The position numbers and the translations under genes are program-made. Below the pieces are notes generated by a model that was not told where the DNA came from, searched no databases, and saw only the letters and a program-made list of their open reading frames with translations. From contig OX597822.1 in assembly GCA_951406725.2 (NCBI GenBank), positions 8,990,001-9,054,000 of the forward strand: a DNA stretch of 64,000 nt, in the 5' to 3' direction. The first letter of the stretch is position 1. Each line of letters opens with the position of its first letter. Below, in pieces: positions 55,993-64,000 of this stretch. Source of the DNA: Octopus vulgaris. Its lineage: Eukaryota.

Positions 55993-56137
55993 GACGGGCT
56001 TCTTTCAGTTTCCGTCTACCAAATCCACTCACAAGGCTTTGGTCGGCCCGAGGCTATAGTAGGAGAGAGACACTTGCAAAAGGTGCCACGCCGAGGGACT
56101 GAACCCGAAACTTTGTGGTTGGTAAGCACAGCCACTC
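55716..56137 (-). mobile_element. SINE family S1
   Basis: Matches other S1 copies. Confidence 0.8.
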
Positions 56138-56139
56138 AC

Positions 56140-56530
56140 GTGGTCATGAATGTTGGGTACATTTCGAACAGGTGCGATTGCAAATATAAGCGACCATAAT
56201 GAAGTTCCTCTGATTGTTCTCTGGAGCATCGTTACTGGGCGGGATTGCGTGACTCGGAAATCAGGCAGTCTCTCTGGTTGAGCCACTACTTCAAAATGAC
56301 AGATGGTCGCACCTGCACTACGGGCATGCGATTAGAATGTTGCAGGAAAGGATCACAAGATGGATTGTTGAAGCTGTGTCAACTGGCCGGAGACCTAGAG
56401 ATAAACCAAGAATGAGATGTTTGGGTAACATTCAGAATCTCTGTTGGTCGTGTTAGGGAAACCAGGTGGATGATGTAATGATGATTGCTTCCGTTAGGAT
56501 CTATGGATGACCAAAAAAAATGTGGTCGAA
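56140..56530 (+). mobile_element. RTE-type LINE 3' fragment
   Basis: ..SEIRQSL..HLHYGHAIRMLQERITRWIVEAVSTGRRPRDKPRMRC. Confidence 0.6.
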
Positions 56531-58292
56531 AATGGATGGACGACTGCATCTATATGTGTATGTATAGTTCAAGATTTCGTCATATCACAAAACGTAGAAG
56601 TTACGAGTTATTTCTATCACATATCATACAAACAGAATACTTTAAAAATAAATGATGTAAATCACACTCGATGACTCATTGTACATATTAAATATTCGTA
56701 CACATACTTTTTTTCTGATTTTAACAGGAACTTATCTATTCACTAAATCGTGTGGCAAGTCAATTTATTTATCCGGAAAATTCACAACATTTGTAAATTT
56801 TTTAGGTACACGTTACTTACAAATGTGTTTAATATTAGTTTCAACGTCTTGCGTGACACGAAAAATTACGCCACATCGGTGATTATATATTTGATTTGAG
56901 CTTTCAACAAGTGGATACGATGCATAAGTTGAAGAATCGGAAATTCTGAAACGTAGAATAGTTTAAATAGGAATGAAACGGAAGCCGTTATCGCAGTGGT
57001 ATTGTTGTATTTTCTCAGTGACGCTTCGTGTTTATCTAACTAATAGAAATTATGCGATGTCTTTGAATAGCATTTGTGGATTAATGAACCAAAGTGAACT
57101 CTATGATGGAAAGTTATGAGCAACATTCTGGCAATTTATGCTGGAAATCCAAATCATGATAAACCGCTGAACATAATGTCTATGTATTAGCGAGAAAATG
57201 TGTTTGATAATGTCAAGTACCTTTAATTTAAGGATGAACTACGCAAGGGATGCATGGAGGGAACATATCTTCGATTATCTAGCATGATTTTTATGGGCTT
57301 TGTTTATTGGCCGTGCAGCGTCTTTCTAACTATATCTATAAATATCCAATGGCGGCAGGAAATGAGATTGATTGATATTAGCCATTTATAATAAGGGTAA
57401 TAACTACATATTTAATTAATAAATGGCTGATTTTATTATTTCCAACGCTTTCAAATTCAAAATCAACAGCTAACGATTTAATAACATTGTGTCGCTAGAT
57501 CACTAACGTATTTATCGGTGTCACTTTATGGATTCCCTTTTAAGAATTGCTCGGTTTTCAACGGCGTTATCTCATATTAAATAATTATTTGCTGCCTCTT
57601 GTAAACAAGTGGTGTTTAACAGAAGGCTAACGCATTTCAATTGTAATGATTGCTGAGAATAAACTTTTCTTCTCCAGCTGATGCATATCTGAAGGTAATA
57701 ATGTTGTAGGTCATCTATATACGACATTTTGTTCAACATTGTGTTTAGCAGAAAGTTAGTCAATAGTTCGGTTGTTTGAAGCTCGGAGAAACGTATTGAT
57801 TGAATAAGACATGGTTTTATATTTCAAACAAATAAAACTATACCATCCATTATACACCTATTCAATTTCTAGCCTACGGCAAATCCTCTGAGCGGTGATA
57901 TTCAGACAATTAGAAATAATATCCAAATAACATTCAATCGTCATTCTACGATCAAAAGAGCAAAATAAGTGACTGAAATTAAGACAGCACTGTCAAAGCT
58001 TAAACGATTTTTTTCTTCGATGTGTTCGATCACAGGCATGATGTTAAGCAATAACAACCACGATTACCACACTCTCTTAGCGTTAAAATCATCACTTACT
58101 AAATATGAGTATAGACGATATTACTACAATTCCGGCTAAACCTCTTTAATCCTACAGGGTTCGCCTGGTCTCTGTTTATATTAGTAACAGTTAGTTCTTT
58201 TTTATTCATGCTTCTGCGATAAAACTCGGGGAAAATTCGGTATTAGAGGCTACAGATATGGAATTCTGCTTGTCAAATAGCCAAGTGACAAA

Positions 58293-58324
<32 letters not shown>

Positions 58325-58388
58325 ACACATACAAACGCATACGCTATACCACAGCACACCAAATGAAACACATATACTCAAACACTCA

Positions 58389-58429
<41 letters not shown>

Positions 58430-58433
<4 letters not shown>

Positions 58434-58625
58434 AATTAAAGAAGGAAAATACGCACACTTACATAGCTTTAATATAATTTTTAATATATCGACCGGTTTC
58501 GCTATCGCTATTCATGAAATTATGTTTTACTTATTTGAATATATATGAAGAAATTTGGTCCATGTTGTGTGTGATGAAATTCACGAGTGAATGACTTCAC
58601 AAGTAGATAAATAAAAGGATATAAT
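58430..58625 (-). mobile_element. Solo pLTR of the 32185 Penelope family with A3-U8 HHR (58486-58520)
   Basis: Homologous to 32700-32900 (CACACAACATGGACCAAA..GCGAAACCGGTCGA..AAGTGTGC). Confidence 0.65.
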
Positions 58626-58626
58626 T

Positions 58627-58853
58627 ACTCTTTTTACTCTTTTACTTGTTTCAGTCATTTGACTGCGGCCATGCTGGAGCACTGCCTTTAATCGAGCAAC
58701 TCAACCCCGGGACTTATTCTTTTGTAAGCTCAGTACTTATTCTATAGATCCTTTGTGCCGAACCGCTAATTAACGGGGACATAAACTAACCAGCATTGGT
58801 TGTCAAGCAATGCTAGGGGGACAAACACAGACACACAGACACACACACGCATA

Positions 58854-58919
<66 letters not shown>

Positions 58920-59081
58920 CGACGGCTTCTTTCAGTTTTCGTCTAACAAATCCACTCACAAGGCTTTGGTCGGCCCGAGGATATAGTAGAAGACACTCGC
59001 CCAAGGTGCCACGCAGTGGGACTGAACCCGGAACCATGTGGTTGGTAAACAAGCTACTTACCACACAGCCACTCCTGCGCC
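58627..59081 (-). mobile_element. SINE family S1, full length
   Basis: Matches other S1 copies. Confidence 0.9.
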
Positions 59082-59484
59082 TATTGGTTGTCGTTATTAT
59101 TGTTATTGTTGTGGGTAAGGGAGATAACTGTTCAGCTTTCGGTAATGGGTGGGGATTATATATGTGTACAGACAGAGACAAGTTTCAAAAACCTTCTTTA
59201 GTATGTGATTTATGTATAGAGATGTAATCGTGAAGTGAAATATGTAAAAAGATAAAAGTTGGTTATGCGTGCATATTAAGACGTGATTTGTATTTTTCAA
59301 TGAAAAAGGTTTCTTTATTTAAACGTTGTAGTTGAGAGATTGTGTCTTTGCGCTGCTAGAAAGGGAAGACTGTGAAATTTGGTTTGATGTCATCTGCACA
59401 TTTTTCTATATGTTCACTGAGTGGAATTTGTCTGTATTGCGGGAAACGGATTTGCTCCTAATGTAGAGTGGTTTTCTTTGTCAA

Positions 59485-60242
59485 GGTCATAGCAAGAGAA
59501 CGGTCCAGGTGCGGTTCCCACTATTCGAAGCAGTGCTGGAACTCTTGCTAAGTGATGCCTTCTAACACCTCCTCCACATCTGCAAATTCCGTAGCACGAG
59601 CTTTCGTCACCGGTCATGACCTACGAAACAAGGTGTGGATCAACTTCCAACTGTTATTTTCAGTTCACGACACGAATTCAGTCGTGATTGCTTTTGTTCT
59701 TCGGAGATTAAGCGAGGCACAAATTTTGTGCAACTCTTTACATTCGGAATTCCTCACTCGAAATTCATTGGCAGGAGCCCCAGTACACACCAGTCACATC
59801 AACAAGTTCGTCAGTTGTTCGGTGACGGTCCTCCAAGATCAGTTCATGAATTTTCATTCGTGCGTGAGGTCGACGGTCGTCTTGAACGAGGTTGGTCGTC
59901 AAGCATCAAGTGGGGAAACCACTCGTAAACTTGGGTTTTGATCATGGCAGTGTCCTTGTAAGCTTTGTTAAGTATGACAGCTGTATAGGCCGCCGTTCTC
60001 CTCAGCAAAAAACAGAATTTCACGGAAGCACGATGCTCTTTCGTTTCAGCCATCGCAAAAAAAAATCGGAGAAGCATTGCAAAAGAAAAACGTACTACGC
60101 GGCGTACGGTTTCAGTAGAGGAGGCCGGTCGACAGACTGATGCATTAGGGTCGCATCAAGTGGCGTCTAACGGCGGAAACCTAAACTACATTAGGCTTAT
60201 CACACAAAGAAGATTCCGGTCAGTTTTCGGCACGCCCTTGTA
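59485..60242 (-). mobile_element. Internally deleted mariner (same family as 1180-2072)
   Basis: MAETKEHRASVKFCFLL.., TGDESSCY joined directly to a C-terminal segment; TIR TACAAGGGCGTGCCGAAAACTGACCGGAA. Confidence 0.85.
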
Positions 60243-61074
60243 TATAAATATGAAATACAAAATGGGATAACAACTAGGTGATACAAAAAGAGGCAACAAA
60301 ATATCCAGATAGACGATGCAAAAAACCAAAGACAGGTCTTTCGACTGGGGACGAATTGAATTCAGCTGTGGAAATGGAGCCTTACGGCAGGGATAAAAAA
60401 CTTTCACGAACACAGGGAAGAATATCGATGTAGCAGTGATCAAAGTTAAATGCAAAGAGGGCTAGTAGTCTAGCCTCTCTGTCACGTGGGAAGAGAAGAG
60501 AGAAAAAAGATGAACAAAAGAATTAAGGAGGGATAGGAGAAGAGAGAGAGACAAACATAGACAGAGAGTTGTAGAAGCAGATGGACAGAAGAATTAAAGG
60601 CAGGACGAGAAATAAAAAGAGACAGGGACATAGTGAAGTGATATGTGAGTAAGAAGGCAAAGAAATGGTTGTCCCTTTTTGTATCACCTAGTTGTCCGGA
60701 TGTTTTGCGTTTTTGACCCATTTTGTATTTACATATATATATATATAACGGTGTACGTACACTTTGTTCTCTCTCTTTCTCTCGCTCTCTCTCTCTCTAT
60801 ATATATATATGTATGTATGTGTGTGTGTGTATGTGTGTCTGTGTCCACGCGCTTGTGTGTATGTATTTTAAAATTAATATATGTATGTATATATATGTAT
60901 ACACACGACACACACACGCACACACACACGCACACACACACACACACATATACATACATATATATATATATATAAGTGCGTGTATGCATACATATATATG
61001 TATGTAAGCATATAAATATATATATGCGTGTGTGTGTATATATATGCATATATAAAAATCCATATATATATACA

Positions 61075-61113
<39 letters not shown>

Positions 61114-61391
61114 ATGTGTGTATTCTACAATAGAGCTTTAATGATTTGAAAAAATTCAGTTATCACACAAATTTTACTTCTCACAATCTGCGATTAAGAT
61201 GAGCTATTAAATTAGAGGAAACAAAATTTTTCAGTAATTTTATTATTATGAAGATGCGACTTGTTAGTAACATTTAGAAGAGTTTCAGTCAAGTTTTGTC
61301 GATCATATGTATTTCAGGCCTATAGCAATATATATGATATATGACATATAAATGAACATATATATATAAAACGAATATATATATATATATT

Positions 61392-61503
<112 letters not shown>

Positions 61504-61594
61504 TAGCCACTTGATATGATCGGTATTTTAAATAACGATCTTATCCTTATTTATATAAATTTATATCTATATATAAATATATATATGTATATAT

Positions 61595-61642
<48 letters not shown>

Positions 61643-62380
61643 TATATATATATACATATATATAATAAATATATAGATATAAAGATATAGTTATATATCT
61701 ACATATATACATACATATATATATTCTACATATATTATATGTATACATGCGTACATACATGCATGCATACATATATATACATGAATACATACATACATAC
61801 ATACTTACATACTGTACGAAATTGCGTGCGCGTATCCACAATATATATATTTTTCGAATAGCTGAATCGAGCAACACGATGTAATAAATATCGAATAAAT
61901 AACAAAACCATCTCACACTTTGATATCCTGATCTGACAGAAACACATATCCAAAATGAGAAACGCGTTTAATCCAACGCTATGCGCAATAGGTTAGTTCA
62001 AACATGTGATAGTTATTAAAAATATGTTAAACTATCCGAATCATTACAAAAGCGAATTCCTTTATAAGCCATCCGTTTGATCATGAATGAATCTTATAAT
62101 ATTATATTACTTACGTTACTTATGCAATATCAGAAAATATTTCTATTTTACTTTTGAAGAATGCTAATGTTCAGTTGAGACAAACAAATTTTCTTTGAAT
62201 CTAAGAATATCCTTTGCAATTATGACACGAACATCGTATGATTGCACATAGATCTATGTGAGCAGTTCTACGACCGTTTGTATAAATGGGTATTTGTGAG
62301 CAAGCACTGTGTAAATTTAAATATATTTATATGTATACATATGTGTGTATGCATATCTCTATCAATATCTCTTTATATAA

Positions 62381-62422
<42 letters not shown>

Positions 62423-62454
62423 GTGTGTGTGTGTGTGGTAAATGAAAGATGGAA

Positions 62455-63580
62455 AATGGAAGGCACGAGAATTTTTATTAATCACTGCAATTGTTTCGAC
62501 ACATGTAGTATCGATCCTTCACGGGTGGAATACTTAACAACTGACTCAGGAGCATCCAACGGCGCAGATTTGTCTCTTCGGGTGGCAAACAGAAACAAGT
62601 CGGTAAAACAACATGCGAAAATAACAGTTCTCTAATGTATCTTCTCACTTCTTGTAACGAAAAGCAGCAAATTAAAGGATATAGTTTCATTTATATAGAA
62701 TATCAATAATAAAATAAGCAGATGCAGAAAAGAAACGAACACGCAATACAGTGAAAAAAGTATTTAAAATAACTGTTAACGAATATGGATGTATAAACGC
62801 CCTCACGTAAGTTGTATGGCGCATGTACACTCGCTCATGCAAGCATTCACTAAGATGTAGGCATACGCATACATTTGGTTTGGTGCGCATACTGTCACAC
62901 AGCAAGTTAAGTAGCTACTTGGTGTTTATAAGAACGGGGAGGTTAAATCTAGGCTTAATTCATCCATACCTTAAAGTAAGTTATATAAACAGTTACTCAA
63001 GTTCATTGAGTTACTGCATTGTGCGAAAGTAGATTTTTATGCATGCAGGTATCATGAAAGTCTTTCAGAAATTCTCTTAATGATCTTCTCATTGGTCCAC
63101 AGAATAGACAGGGATTCCTCAGAGCAGAGCCGAAATCTCATGGAAATGATATTATATGGTTTTGCGTGCCATATTATGGACAAAGTTATGCTATACTTAA
63201 TTTCATTTTCATTCAGCCGCCTTAAAAAATCGGCCAAAGATGTTGAATGTCTCTTATTGATTCTCCTGAAGCTGGTGAAATGGTTGCGATAACGGTTCTT
63301 GAATGAAAAAGACGTTTGCCCAGCGTAAACTTACGATCCTCCCTTTCTGTGCACGGTACAGTTATATGCAAAATTCGTACTGATACAGAGGTTCATCAAT
63401 GGGCACACAGAACCATATAATATCATTTCCAGGAGATGCCTGCTCTGTCCCGACGAATCCTTCCCTATTCTGTGGCCAATAAGATCATGAATAGAATTTC
63501 TGAAAGACTTTCAAGATGCCAGCATGCATATAAATGTACTTGCGCACAATGCAATGAGAATGGATTTGAGTAACTGTTAG
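62455..63580 (-). mobile_element. Old Penelope-like element: GIY-YIG remnant, 3' pLTR with HHR, inverted 5' duplicate
   Basis: Minus frame VCPLMNLCISTNFAYNCTV..VYAGQTSFSFKNRYRNHFTSFR..STSLADFLRRL..AKPYNIISMRFRLCSEE; plus-strand arm 63395-63580 repeats the C-terminus (EPYNIISRRCLLC..RLSRCQH). Confidence 0.8.
62481..62586 (-). ncRNA. Decayed type I hammerhead with long stem II
   Basis: GCCAC CCGAAGA GACA..TGTC GAAAC AATT GCA GTGAT; two core lesions (U4C; GUA to GCA). Confidence 0.5.
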
Positions 63581-63639
63581 CATGATTTACTCATCTGTGT
63601 AAAAGATCACACAAAGGATATGTTTCACTTTGTCCACCG

Positions 63640-63990
63640 TCTCCAGCTTTCTAATTTTTGTGCCCCGGTGTAAATGGGTGCCTCACATGTTTCAGTACGA
63701 TTTCATTTTCAAGTTTGCCGTCACTGCTCTTGGAACGTGCATAGCCGAAACACCTCTCTTACGTACCAAACGTCATATGGATTGAGTTGAATCCCTTCTG
63801 ATTGCTTTCTTCAACTCCAGATTGAAATGAAGATCCTTCTTGCTGTTATGACCTCCTGATCCAGTTTTCCTTTCCACTATTTCCTCTTTCCCAAATTTAT
63901 TCACAATTCTCCTGATGGTTCTTCAATGGACTTTGAAGATGGGAACCAGAGAGTAGAATGTTGGCACCATTACTGGATGACCTTAGCCCT
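63640..63990 (-). mobile_element. Tc1/mariner transposase N-terminal remnant
   Basis: LRTIRRIVNKFGKEEIVERKTGSGGHN..KAIRRDSTQSI*RLVRKRGVS..NLKMKSY. Confidence 0.65.
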
Positions 63991-64000
63991 TTCAACATTG

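Noticed and set aside
63050-63056. In-frame TGA in the Penelope ORF as selenocysteine (as reported for some Naiad PLEs)
   Set aside because: The inverted duplicate has AGA (Arg) at this codon, not Cys, and other stops follow; ordinary decay.
62988-63578. Long imperfect inverted repeat suggesting a rod-like viroid/deltavirus-like insert
   Set aside because: Both arms translate to the same Penelope GIY-YIG C-terminus in opposite orientations; it is an old inverted duplication.

Overview
AT-rich, microsatellite-saturated eukaryotic DNA. The SINE families, the (TA)n/(TAA)n load and the TE mix point to an octopod cephalopod (inference). No complete host gene is visible; there are only three weak exon candidates. 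The window is a mosaic of tRNA-derived SINEs, R4/Dong-like REL retrotransposon fragments in (TAA)n, RTE LINE fragments, Tc1/mariner and hAT remnants, non-autonomous Helitrons, a 1.8-kb CTA-word minisatellite and several Penelope-like (GIY-YIG) remnants. The main signal the ORF track misses is a dense set of type I hammerhead ribozyme (HHR) motifs: about 16 intact, variant, decayed or partial motifs from roughly 8 unrelated repeat families, mostly in or next to (TA)n and often with Penelope-style inverted arms. Two families form young non-coding tandem arrays of ~487-nt and ~498-nt units with one HHR per unit (retrozyme/circular-RNA candidates; clearly structured in the 487-nt case). One family joins a tRNA-SINE head to an HHR tail. 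One carries an apparent compensatory A3-U8 core variant. All structure calls were made by eye; most TE boundaries are approximate.
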